A DNA stretch of 64,000 nucleotides, taken from contig RDEW01000104.1 in the NCBI GenBank assembly GCA_011109175.1, positions 21,036 to 85,035 on the forward strand. Reading direction: 5' to 3'. A program made the position numbers and the translations under genes. The notes under the pieces are model-generated. The model was not told where the DNA came from. It ran no database searches and saw only the letters and a program-made list of their open reading frames with translations. Positions 38,340-49,660 of the stretch are shown piece after piece (the first letter of the stretch is position 1; every line of letters begins with the position of its first letter). Source of the DNA: Dicyema japonicum. Lineage: Eukaryota; Animalia; Dicyemida.

Positions 38340-39450
38340 ACCCAAGAGTCCTGATGGCCCCTAGTTCGAATCCCGCTGCTGTAAATTTCTGTTAAAGGTT
38401 CCTCGCATCTATGATGCTTTGGATTGACGAGTGACGCCACCATCAGTAAAAATCGTGAAGCTAAAATGTCTGAAATATTAGTGTAATAATTGTGTATATA
38501 TTTGTCACTCAAATTGGTAGCTAATGCTGCAATAGTGCTATAAATTAGTAAGCAACTTGAGTGATTGAGAGTGTATTCCCTGTTACAATTTGTATGGAAA
38601 TGAGGTCTCAATCAGCTATTCCTCTTTTTGGTAGTCCTTCATTCTTTTCCTGTCGACGATCCGATGGCAGGTAGAGGATTCAAGAATTTTCTGAGTTTCA
38701 ACTGGGGTGGCCTTGAAAACAAACTGTTCTTAAGGTCGCGTATTTTTTCTTACGGTTAGGATGGAAAAGTGAGGCACAAGAATGTGACCATATAAATTGA
38801 CGATGTTTGAAGAAATCCCAGAAATTCTATTTTGGATTATTTTAAGCATATTTAACGTAGTAGCCAAATATCTCCTTTTTCTGGATGATGTGATGTCTCA
38901 TCCAGATTTTATCCATCTTTTTGTTGAATAAGATCTCCGGTTTATTATATTGGATTTTAAGCTCACTATGTATTTTCGCTCAAGTTTCGGCTGCTTTGAT
39001 AGATGCTATTGTCTGTATTGAGTGGCCCTTTAATTTATTTGACTTTTCAAGGCCAACCGCCTGTATAGATTAAAGTGTATTCATTGTTCCCTCGTGTGTA
39101 ATCAAACCGGCATAAATGTGACATAATCAGCTTTTTGAGATGTTAAATTGTCAATAAAATGCTGCTTTCTCAGTTAAAATTGATTTAACCACTTTTACTG
39201 CAATACCTCTCAACAGGAGTCGTACAAAAATCCCCGATTGCTCCAGTATTGTTCAATTTATTCCTTAGTCATCTTCAGGCTTCAGATTTCCCAAATGCTA
39301 TCCTTTTGTCTTACACGGGTGACCTCATACTAGCAGTGAGACATTGAAGACCCTAGGAGGAACCGAAACTCAAAGCAATAGTTATCTGCAGAGAATTGCT
39401 TCTTAAACATCGAAATTCCAAGCTTTTTGTTTAGAATTTTAATCCGGTCT
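38340..39450 (-). mobile_element. Highly degenerate R4-like non-LTR remnant
   Basis: Scattered fragments (ETQKILES, IAALATNL, GIRTRGHQD) in the order expected for the RT N-terminal region; many stops. Confidence 0.35.
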
Positions 39451-39739
39451 TCATAAGAGTTGAAATCAACGGATATTTTGATTATTGCTTTATGACGAGG
39501 GGATGTTATAATTTTTTTCCTTTCTTGTTTAAAAAAGCTACCAAAACAAAGATTAAGACCCGTTAATTGGGTCTTCTATTTCAACTCGTACTTTGGTTTT
39601 TTAATATGAGTTATAGTACACTGAGAAGCATCGAGACGGACATTTCGCTAGAAGGAAGAATCGTAAAACTTTATTAAGGTAATAAACAAAACTATTATAA
39701 CCATCTTTTTATTCAAATAAAAAGTATTTCGCTCCCTGT

Positions 39740-41480
39740 TTTCTCATATGCATGCGCCTCGTGGGGACCGTTTATATCTTGGATGAATATGAGAAAATCG
39801 AGGAAATGCAAAAAGAGGTCTTTCAGAGTAGCCAAGCGTTGGATTGGTGAAAATAATCACAGGACCGATGCCTCTAGAGGCCCTTATGAGACTAGACTCC
39901 AGATCACGGGAATGTGTCCCTGAAAATCAGTCAACCGTCATGCGCGAGCACGAGGGAAGAACACCGGGCAATGATGATGTCTCTATTAGAATGCATCGGG
40001 ATCACTAGATAATTAGTTTGGTTTTACTGTGGTCTTGAGTTGTTAAATAAAATTTTGCTCCCTGACGATGATTTCTGGTTTCGACCTTAGTTTCTCCAAT
40101 AAAGTCCTTTGGATTATTGTGTCTGGATGTGGGCTATACTGTAAGCCATCAGGATCACTGGTTTAGTAAGTTTGGTTTTACTTTTGGTCTGTGGAATAAT
40201 TCTATTTATTTCGCACAGGAAACCTGTTGATTCTCTCTTCTCACAAACCCGACAGAAAGTTGTTTTCGTCTATATTTTAAGAAGGTCGAAGACCACCTAT
40301 TCTCATGTCCGCCCAGAACACCGAACATAGTTCTGAATATTTGTTTTTATGGCATCGGAGTCTTAACACAAATTTTTAAACAGATTATGATTCCAACTAC
40401 CTGGAAACTTGCTGATATACAACCAATCCTAAAATATGGAAGACCCAAAAACCTCATGTCATCTTACAGGGCAACATCACTTCTTTGTTCTGCGACAAAA
40501 ATACTGGACAAACCTGTTCTAGACTTTAGTCGTCAGTGAATCCAAGCGTTCTCTTCCAGCACGGATTCGTTAAGGGTTTTTCCACTACAACCGCCTAACC
40601 TGCCTAACAAATTTCATCTCGGGTGGCCTGAAATTCAAACTGGAAAACGAGTCAGTTGTATACTCAATTAACATACAAGAGGCTTTCGACTAAGTCCTCA
40701 GGCAAACCAAGGAATGGATTGCTAACTTTCTCAGCAGCAAAAAATGAAGAGTTGGATCAATTTCTGCTAAGTGAATCACTAAATTTCTGCCCAACGGTGT
40801 CCCGCAAAGATCTTCCTTGTCACAGATCTTTTTCAAACTATTCTTGTCCACCGAATCCAGATAAGACAAATTAATTTGACCTACGACGAAGAGGTCATAT
40901 TTCCCCAGAGATCGGTATATCCTGACTGCTGCTCGACCGCCTAAGCTGATGACTGGAAGAGAATCGATTGTCAACTAGCGTTGATGAGTCGCGCTATTCG
41001 TCTCAAAGAGGAGATTGACGTACTCTGCTCCCACCCTGACTATAAATGGGAGGCGAATCCATTGATTAAAAACATAAAGGTATTGGGAGTCACTTTCGAC
41101 TCTAATGACTTTCGGGACACATGTAGACAAAAAGGTATTTTCTTGCCAACGAGAATTAACTTTATGAAGACGCCCCGGACAATAGAGGAACTCTCAGTTT
41201 TACGTTAGGAAATTTATGCTACAAATATATCGAGCCAACAATCATGTTAACAAATTTAGCTAAAACACACTAAAAAGATCTAAAACTTAACGGAACTTTA
41301 AAAAAGATCTCATTCTTTTTAGTATATTTGATTACCTTTGAGACCCTAATGAGGAGAACGGCGCGATGTTTATCTCTCGTAAACGCCTGCCTGTAGGAAG
41401 TGTGTGGAATTCCGTAAGGAACGTCGAGCTAAGATAAGGAGTCTACTAGAGAGTCCGGGATCACCCAATGGCTGTACTTT
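39740..41480 (+). mobile_element. Cluster of I/Jockey-like LINE fragments (3' ends and RT)
   Basis: WKLADIQPILKYG, QHGFVKGFSTTT, DIQEAFD-like, IKVLGVTFD; GGATCAC 3'-end motifs near 39998, 40155 and 41457. Confidence 0.7.
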
Positions 41481-42739
41481 TTCTAAATTTTATTGGTGAT
41501 TTCTGAGTCAAAAAATAAATTAATCAGAACATCATAACATGGGGATTTTTGGACCGAGAATTATGCTTCCTTGTAAGTTTGACAACACGGGAGAGAAGTA
41601 TTTCTCGTTATGGTGGTTATCAACCTCGATAGTGTGTCGTGGGGGATTGTATTTTAGTTGGCTCAGTTAAATTGGAGTCGATTCTTTTAGTGAGTGTTAG
41701 ATATTAAAAATAAGAAAGCTTATAAAGTATCTCCTGATCTAGAGGTAACTGACCTAGATGCTATTGTGAGGTGTTGTAATTATCACCACGTGTTGCTTTG
41801 TAGAGCTAATATGTAGATATCCTTCTTAGCTAAAAGATATGTAGTGGACAAGTGTAATTTTGGAACACCATTAAGAAAACGACTCAATTATTTTCCACTA
41901 CAGCTTTGTTCGTACGTCATTTTCCATTTACGTGAGTCAATGTGAACAAATACCTTTTATTTCCACGAACTATTTTTTGATCTTCTTTTCCTGAAACTTT
42001 CTACGTTTTGGATGCCTCTAACGGAAATCGAAGTTCACAAAGATCTCTCCTGAGTGGGTAATGTTTAGACTGCTAAAAAGCTGGTAAGAGTTGACCTAAC
42101 ATTGTTGCATGAAAGGGATTATAACTGGGGTAGCGTTCAGATAATTTCTTGCGGAAAACTGGGTGAAGATCTTTTAAAAAGTCATCACTTAAAAACGACT
42201 TGTTGCTTAAGGATCGCACAATAACTTTAGGGAATAGAAAAAAAGGTATTGGGGGAACAAAAGAGATTGGTGCCGTGGTGAGATGTTTCCGTTTATTAAA
42301 CGTAGAATAAATCTGTCTGTAGAAGATTGACTTTCTTGGATAGAACTTTGGTTCAACTAAGGATATTTTCGACTTCTTCAAAATCGAAAGGTATGTAGAC
42401 GGTGATAATCCAAATGACGTTGATGATTCAATCTTTTAGGATGGCTGATGTTAATGTCGCTGTTACTTTTTAATTTTTGAATGGTTCCTTGTTGATACAT
42501 CTTTTTTTGAAAAAAATAAAACAAGTAAAATCTTTTAGTAAAGAAGCCAGAATTGTGAACAGTTTCTCAACATCCTAATTGAATGATGCCATCACGTGGG
42601 TGAATCATGTGGCATTTTAGAACGGTTGCCTCAGTCTTATTACACTCGAAACGGGCATCTACTCTGCTGTTACGGAAAAAAATAAACGTCAGAAAGATTT
42701 TCTTAAAATGGGGAAGTCTTCAGAGGAAAAGTCATACTA

Positions 42740-42900
42740 TTTCATCAATCCTTTCCTAGATATGAGAGGAAGCCTTCTTTATGGGGATTAATTCAGGATT
42801 CCAAGACAAATCATAGGAAGCTAGGTGTGGACACAGGGATCACTTAATTAGACGATAACTCTTATCCTCGTTGCTATGGTTCCCGGTGTTAATAAATTAA
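42740..42900 (+). mobile_element. LINE 3' end
   Basis: GGGATCACTTAATTAGACGATAACTCTT identical to 35952 onward; ends CCCGGTGTTAATAAATTAA. Confidence 0.6.
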
Positions 42901-43639
42901 ATGAAATGACTGACTTCTCAATTTTCCACAGCGAATTGAGAAGCCTTATCTGTTAACGACGAATCGCTGACTTTGCGATTTTTTAAAAATGTCATCTGAA
43001 CATGAAATGGATGATTTTCAAGCATATGCACGATATTAAATCCTAAATCACTGGCCATCCTATATAAGCAAGAAAATGGTCATTCTGCCTCTCGATAGAA
43101 ACCAACAGGTACCTCCCGTGATCGCAAGGATAATGGTATAAAAGAACCTGACTTCATCCATCGTATTCCTGCAAATTAGCATCAACAAAAGGCATAGTGC
43201 TGGGGCCAAGCACGATCAGTAAAAAATGGTAAATTGCCCTCAAGGTTGAGGTGGTTACATTCTCTACTACACAAAATGGCTCTTAGCTTTATGACTATCA
43301 TGATGTCTTCCTTCTCGAAATTATGGGTGAGGTGATATATTAGTGAGACACCAAAAACCGGAAGTTCTGTCAAATCAAATGTATGAGATGCAAATTCGAA
43401 TCTCGTCCAACCAAAAATTAAAAAAACTTGAAAGATTACTTCTCTAAAGTTGTACATATATGATTATATATGTGTTGCTAGTAATAATTGTAGTTCCCCC
43501 ATATGGGAGACCAATCCCTCATGATCAACCTGAAAGCCTTTGTTCAATAATATTGGGAATTACCTTAGATACATTGATTTCCCAGAAATGAAAAGAATGC
43601 TTGTTTTTCGATAATTTTTATTAAAATAAAACAAGACAC

Positions 43640-43990
43640 AGTCAGCCGAGAGTGATACCGCCCTGACTGACTGTGTGCTATTTCTTCTCAGGGAGGCTAG
43701 TGAGATTCCCTCAAATAGCCAGCTTGAAATGTGGTTATCGTGGTGTCTTGTGGCAAATCTGGAATGGTGTCACCCATTCCGGAAAGGAACGAAAAAAGCA
43801 ACCAACTTCTCCTTACCTTGTGGGGGTTCCCTTAACCTATGTGTCTCCGACTCAGACTGGCGTCATCATTGTACTGGACTATTGATTCTCCTGTTGGCGA
43901 CATTGAAACAAACCCTGTCCCATGATGGTTCTAAACATAGTTATTTATTCATCAACTTCCTTCTATCAACTCCGAAGACTAACTAAATGA
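43640..43990 (+). mobile_element. AP-endonuclease domain remnant of a LINE
   Basis: WNGVTHSGK..TNFSLP..CVSDSDW..LLILL resembles the LN.G.PT..S.PDLT..W..SDHLPI end of APE domains. Confidence 0.4.
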
Positions 43991-44025
43991 GATGCAGTCA
44001 CTAATCTTTCGGTCCTGTGTCTTAT

Positions 44026-44690
44026 TTATCCAGAGAAGGTTGAATGTGGATAGTGAGAAGCGATCCAGCCTATAGCAACTCCCGGACTCTCATCTAGTGA
44101 TCCGCCAGCGATCTCATCGCATTCCGAAACTATCTCAACAAATCTCTTAAAAGGAATTCTACCATTTTGTCTTTCTTCAGAACCGATCGAGATTCCTCCG
44201 CATGGGTAATCCTTTCCAAAAATGGATTTCCTGGTTTTTTTAGAAACACAAGAAATTTCTTGCATCCAAGGCATTGAAAATGTTTTTGACTTTTCGTTTT
44301 TTTCTTTTTGTCTGTGTGTGAGTCCCAGGAGACAATGTAGTTCCGCAGTGAAATGTTCACTGATGACGGCATCACTTGTCAACCAGAAGAATCGTAGATG
44401 TGTGGAACTATCAACCGAATGGACAGCAGCGAGATTCGATGATTTGATTTTTTGTCGGAGGTGGCTCTTCTTTACTGTTCTTTGGAGATCAGTGAATGTT
44501 CTCCGTATGTGTCTAAGGTTTGTGGATTTAAGCAATGGGAAGGTTGGATGATTCGGGTTAAAGTTCTTCATTTCAAGGTGGTCCCCAGAGGCAGGATCTT
44601 CGACTTCCAATGTAAGTATCCGACGGGAGATGATTTCAAATCCAGTCAGAAAACAAAGTCAAATGTCTTTGGAGAGGCAAATTGAATGTT
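44026..44690 (-). mobile_element. Possible RLE-type (R2/NeSL-like) thumb/C-terminal remnant
   Basis: 194-aa ORF containing SVDSSTHLRFFWLTSDAVISEHF, weakly like the S..WL..I...F segment of RLE LINEs; no CCHC or PD..D motif recognisable. Confidence 0.25.
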
Positions 44691-44829
44691 TTTTTCCGTG
44701 ATGCAATAATAATGTCATCTTGTATGATAAGATGATCGTTTTCTGGGTCGTTGGGATGTCTCTGAGATATACGTTAGAGAACGGATCCCTGGAGAACATA
44801 TCAAAAATAGGCCGCTTCAGTCTCGGACC

Positions 44830-45740
44830 CAAGTCATGATTCTATAAGAAAAGATGTTTTTTGTTAAATCAGAAATCTGAAGACGGTACTTTGTTCCGTG
44901 GACATTCACAAAGCGTTTGACTCCGAACTTAGGAAAAACTCAATTTGGAAAATATTACATTTGGAAATCCCAAGAAACCTTAAACTCTGGTTGGGTAACT
45001 TTCTTTTTAATCGGAGGGCATGTCTGTTTTGGAGATTTAAGGTCGACATCACCACTTCTCCCGAATGGCGTCCCTCAAGGATCACTCCTATCCCTATTAT
45101 TGTTAGATGACAGATATTCAGGTTGCAACATCAAGATTGCACAACACGTGGACAATCTTAACGTTTGGTTAAATGACTACCGCCTATCAATTAGCCCAGA
45201 GAAATCAGTCTCCACATTCTTCACTTCCGTAGAAAGATTAAGCAGACGGACGGTGGAGCTAAAAGTAGATAATGGCGAACTCCCTTAGCGAAAACCAGAA
45301 AATTCTGGGAGTCACATTCGACATGCACGTGTGTTTATCACAGCATGCCGAAAACTATCATTAAATGCGAGAAAAAGGCTAACGTTCTGAAAATCATCTC
45401 AGGGGTAGTGAAGACCAGTTTTGAACTCTCTCTACAAGCAGCACGTCGAACCATGCATCTCATATGCGTGTGCTTCCTGGAGCTCGTTTATCTCTTGGAC
45501 AAATCCTATGAAACTCAAAGCTATCCAAAGAATGGTTTCAAGATTTCGAAACGATGGACTTCTGGAAAGTCCCACTCTCCAATGCCTCTGGAATCCTTAA
45601 TACGTAATAACCGAAGAACGTGCCGTTGCGACTACGAGGAACCAGTTATACGGCTATGAGTACTAGCGTGTGCTCGAGGAAGTAACATCGTGCCAAGTCT
45701 CCCTTGAGTGCGCCGGGATCACACGATTAGTTAGTTTGGT
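44830..45740 (+). mobile_element. I/Jockey-like LINE remnant (RT through 3' end)
   Basis: VDIHKAFDS, LKLWLGNFL, GVPQGSLLS, ISPEKS, ILGVTFD, YACASW, LECAGIT. Confidence 0.75.
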
Positions 45741-46094
45741 GTTACCGTGCTCATTGGAATCTGTTCATTTCATACATTACATAAAATCAATAATTCTGTC
45801 AACCCTCCAAATTCCCAAATTCGCCACTTTTTTGAAAGTCCCAAAAATGATGGATTCGAGAGGATTTACTGTAATTAAATTTTATAAAGTCCCGGACGGA
45901 TGTTTGCTGATCCCTGTTTTAAAGAAGCTCATTATGGTTACGGATACGATTCCGAGGAGTGTAGGCAATTAAACCCAAAATTATCCAATCTAATCTTTTT
46001 ATGCCTACGTGGGTACTTGAATTGAATATTTTCCTCCTCTTCCCTTTTGGCTCCAGTTTTTTTCCAGTCCAAATCTAATGAAAAAAAATCTTAC

Positions 46095-46195
46095 CCTAAT
46101 TACAACCAGAAATTCATAAACTAGCCTAATTTCAATTAAAAAGTCTAATTTTAACCAAAAATTCATAAAACTAGCCTAATTTCAACCAAAAAGTA
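46095..46195 (+). repeat. ~53-bp AT-rich tandem duplication
   Basis: AAATTCATAAA(A)CTAGCCTAATTTCAA..AAAAAGT twice. Confidence 0.6.
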
Positions 46196-46249
46196 ATAAA
46201 ATGTTAATTTAAATTAAGCAATCAAATCAGTACCGAATTAAAACTAAGT

Positions 46250-49200
46250 TTAAAGCAATTCAAAAGCTTCCACGTGCTTCTTTGTGTTATTGGCTCTAAT
46301 CTTCTGCAGAGTCTTGTATTTGTTTCTCCCTGAAAGAACATTGGAACGATAAATGACATCATTTCGACTTTCCATCCCTTTTATTTTACTTTGATCCAAC
46401 AATTCAACAAATTTCTACAAAATTATACTAACCCAACCTGAAATTCAACACGTGGGGCTATTTTTGCAGGTACACGCTCTTCGTGATTCGGCGTGGTGGG
46501 CATGGTGTCTTTGAAAACAATTTCAACTAAGCAAAATCAATCTCCAAGGATCAAACCTACGTCACCTGGAGAGGACACAGAAGCATCCACATTAATCTCA
46601 ATTTTGGGATTTTCACGCACATCATTCATAGAGGATCTGTTCGATACAACAAAGTCTGATTTTAATGGAGAAATATCGAATCCCTTAACAACGTTCTGAG
46701 GGACTTCTTGGACATGGTGTATCGTTACGGGAGCGGGTGGCTCAGCACAAACTTGCTCAGTCCTGGAGTAGTCCATCGTTGCAGGAGCGGGTGGCTCAGC
46801 ACAGACATGTTCAACTTGGACATATTCGATCGTTACAGGAGAGGGTACCTCAGCACAAACCTGCTCCGTTTGTGCCTCAGCCATGGATTCAGTCAGTCTA
46901 TTGATTTCTGACTTTAATTGAGCTTCTTTAAGAGATTTTCTAGTTTTTTCTCTAAAATTGTCAATTTTAGCAAACTTTTCCATTCGAAGGATATTCTCCT
47001 GCTCACGTTCAGTTAGCTGCAACAACTCCTGGGCTTGTCGGAGTTCTTCCTCCAGGTTATTTATTTGATTTTGAATCCTTGCAGCCTCTGATCTCTTATA
47101 CTCCAAATCATCCTCCTAAAACATAGAAATAAAATAGGGACCATCATCTTGCGTGTATTTGAAGCCACGCTAGACGAATTGGACAAATCCTGCAAGAGAC
47201 ACTCCAATTGTTCCTTCTCGTCAACAAGGTTCCTCAGTTTAGCAGAAAGCTGGTTTATTTGAGGAATGTAGTTTTCGTATTCTAAGGGATCAGCCATCAT
47301 AGTAGTACTGGCAGTCAAATCATTTACTTGCTCGTTGAATTGGGCTTCGACCGACATCTGTTTCTCCCTCAGATCTTCAGCTTCCTTCTGACATCTAATA
47401 AGTTCTTCAAGCTGCTTCTCAAGTTCATCTCTCTGCCTGCGAATGTCATCATAAAGTTTTCGCTTGTTATTCCGGTCTGGAATGCGATCGAAAAACTCAC
47501 CTTCAATGAACTTCCCTTCCAACTGGGAGATTTTTATCTCCAAGTTTTCAAGAACATCCTCATCTCGGTAACTTGTTTCTGTATTAGCAGCCATGACCGG
47601 TTCAACCACCTCTAGAGTCGGTTCAGAAGCTCTTTTGAGGTCACATGATCAAAATACCTGATATTATTTACCGGCATTCTGGTTCTTTCAAAATCCTCAA
47701 CAAGTTCTGTAATTATCTGTTCTTTTTCATTGACCTGGTAATTCTTAGCCGCAAGTTCAGCTTCCTACAAGTAAAGGATGATAGAGCATACCATGTTGAT
47801 TCGTTCTTCATCAGCAACGTTAATTTGGGAGAGTTTTTCCTCTAGTCTTAATTTTTCTGTCAGGAGCTCTTCTAATTGAGACGTCAGAAGATCCACTTTC
47901 TGTTTTAGTAAGTTGTAGTCTAAGAATCTCAACACAAAAGAACCTTCGCTGTCTTTATCCGAATATTCTCCATAACTTTGCACCTTCATAGACATTGTTC
48001 GCATTTTATTCTCCAAATCAATGACTTGTCTGCATTTCGTTGACAAATACATCCTTTAATGAGACATATAGGAACTACTTTTGTCTGCGGAGAATATTCT
48101 GCTCCTTGGCGGACTGCCGTCTCAACATTTTAATCTCCTCTGTGTCTTCCTTTCTGTTCTGGAAATATAGATTCCTGTATTCCAGTATCATGTCGACAAC
48201 CATGGAAGCCTCTTGCTCGTCCTCCGTCCAAACACAAAATTCCTATCATTTTGATATTTTATTACGGAGTGGTTTGATTCGTGTTCACTGAGTTTCAATT
48301 TCACTTTCTTATTCTTGATCGTCACAGATTTGATTTCTCCATAAGGAAATGAGGAGATGGGGGTGATACTACAGGAATGAAAGTCCCTAAACCTGTCATC
48401 AGATTTATATATGTTGATTCCCATGGGAGATAACCCCAACAGTAGCTTTGTTTTGTTTTTGTTCATAATATTGGTGTAGTATACACCAAACATATCAAGA
48501 TCCTGAGCATACTTCAGGTAGTAGGCTGCGGGGGAAATCTGATCCACATTTTTACAACTAAAAAATTCATAAAAAAATAAAACTAGTCATCGCTCATTTG
48601 CTGGTGGAAATTAATAAGTATATTTTGCCAATCTGTTTTTGGGATGTCGTGGGCATTAAACATACTAAATGTAAACACAAGTGAATTTACTTCTGAGGAA
48701 TGTAGTCATCTGGATCCATGTAGTTTCCAGTGTTGACTTGAGGATCATACATCCCATGGTCACAGAGGGAGGCTATTGACGCCAATAGGAGACAATTATT
48801 GGAATCGGTATACAAGGTCCCTTCTTTAATGAGCTGTTTTACTGTATTGTAGAATAAATCCTAAAATGGCTAGAAAAACTTACGTATATAGGTTGAGTTA
48901 TTATTCCAGTATTTACATCTTCTGGGTAAATATAAACGCAGATCATACAGTGCACATCGCCAGTCTGTTTTCCTATTGGTTGTGCCGACAGCTTAAGGAT
49001 TCACTCAGAAGATTTACCTTGGAGCGTTTTCTCAAGTATAATGTTTCCGTTTTATTCCGCACGTTATAGCTGAGCGTCAAAAACCAGGACTCTCGCAAAT
49101 TTAAAGCTGTGCTGACCTGAAATGGTAAAATGTGAGATATTCAAAAATGGTGGTTCAATGCAACAAAACAAAACACATTTGACCATAAAAATTCAAATTA

Positions 49201-49380
49201 TACCATTTCAACTACATCATGTCCAGTTTGATTAGTTTTCACGGGGAATTTAAGTCGTTCAGCGTAGCCTTTCAGCACGATGTTTAACTAAAAATAAAAT
49301 TTTGACAATTTGTTATAAATTAGCATGAACTGACAAAATAGAATGATTCTATCAAAGTCGATACCAACCTGCTTGACCAT
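46250..49380 (-). CDS. ERM (ezrin/radixin/moesin) family protein with long coiled coil and repeat-containing linker
   Basis: MVKQ|LNIVLKGYAERLKFPVK (intron after residue 4, as in vertebrate ERMs); LRESWFL; YLKYAQDLDMFGV..LLLGLSPMGINIY; actin-binding tail GRNKYKTLQKIRANNTKKHVEAFELL*. Confidence 0.9.
46710..46870 (-). repeat. Coding tandem repeat in the ERM linker (3 x ~54 nt)
   Basis: EQVCAEVPSPVTIEYVQV / EHVCAEPPAPATMDYSRT / EQVCAEPPAPVTIHHVQE. Confidence 0.8.
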
Positions 49381-49660
49381 TGAGAGACAGAAACCGTGCG
49401 ACATTACAATCTTAATGTTTTATACGCAGCAAATGCGCAACTTATTGCCGTGGTTACGCCGACTGATATAATTGACAAATTCATCAGATCAATATTAAAA
49501 GTATTGTGATTAAATAACAAATTTTTCCCTATTTTTTAATTTAATTTTAAGATTTCTCGAGTTTCCTTTGCGGTCGCTGAGAATCTAAAAAATGCGCATT
49601 AAAAATGTGGTGAGATATTAAGAAGCCAAAAACAATGTTAGAAAATTGTAAATGATGACT

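Noticed and set aside
46250-49380. Merlin/NF2, or an ERM lacking its tail (ORF track stops at 46537)
   Set aside because: Two more tiny introns lead to KYKTLQKIRANNTKKHVEAFELL*, a typical ERM actin-binding tail
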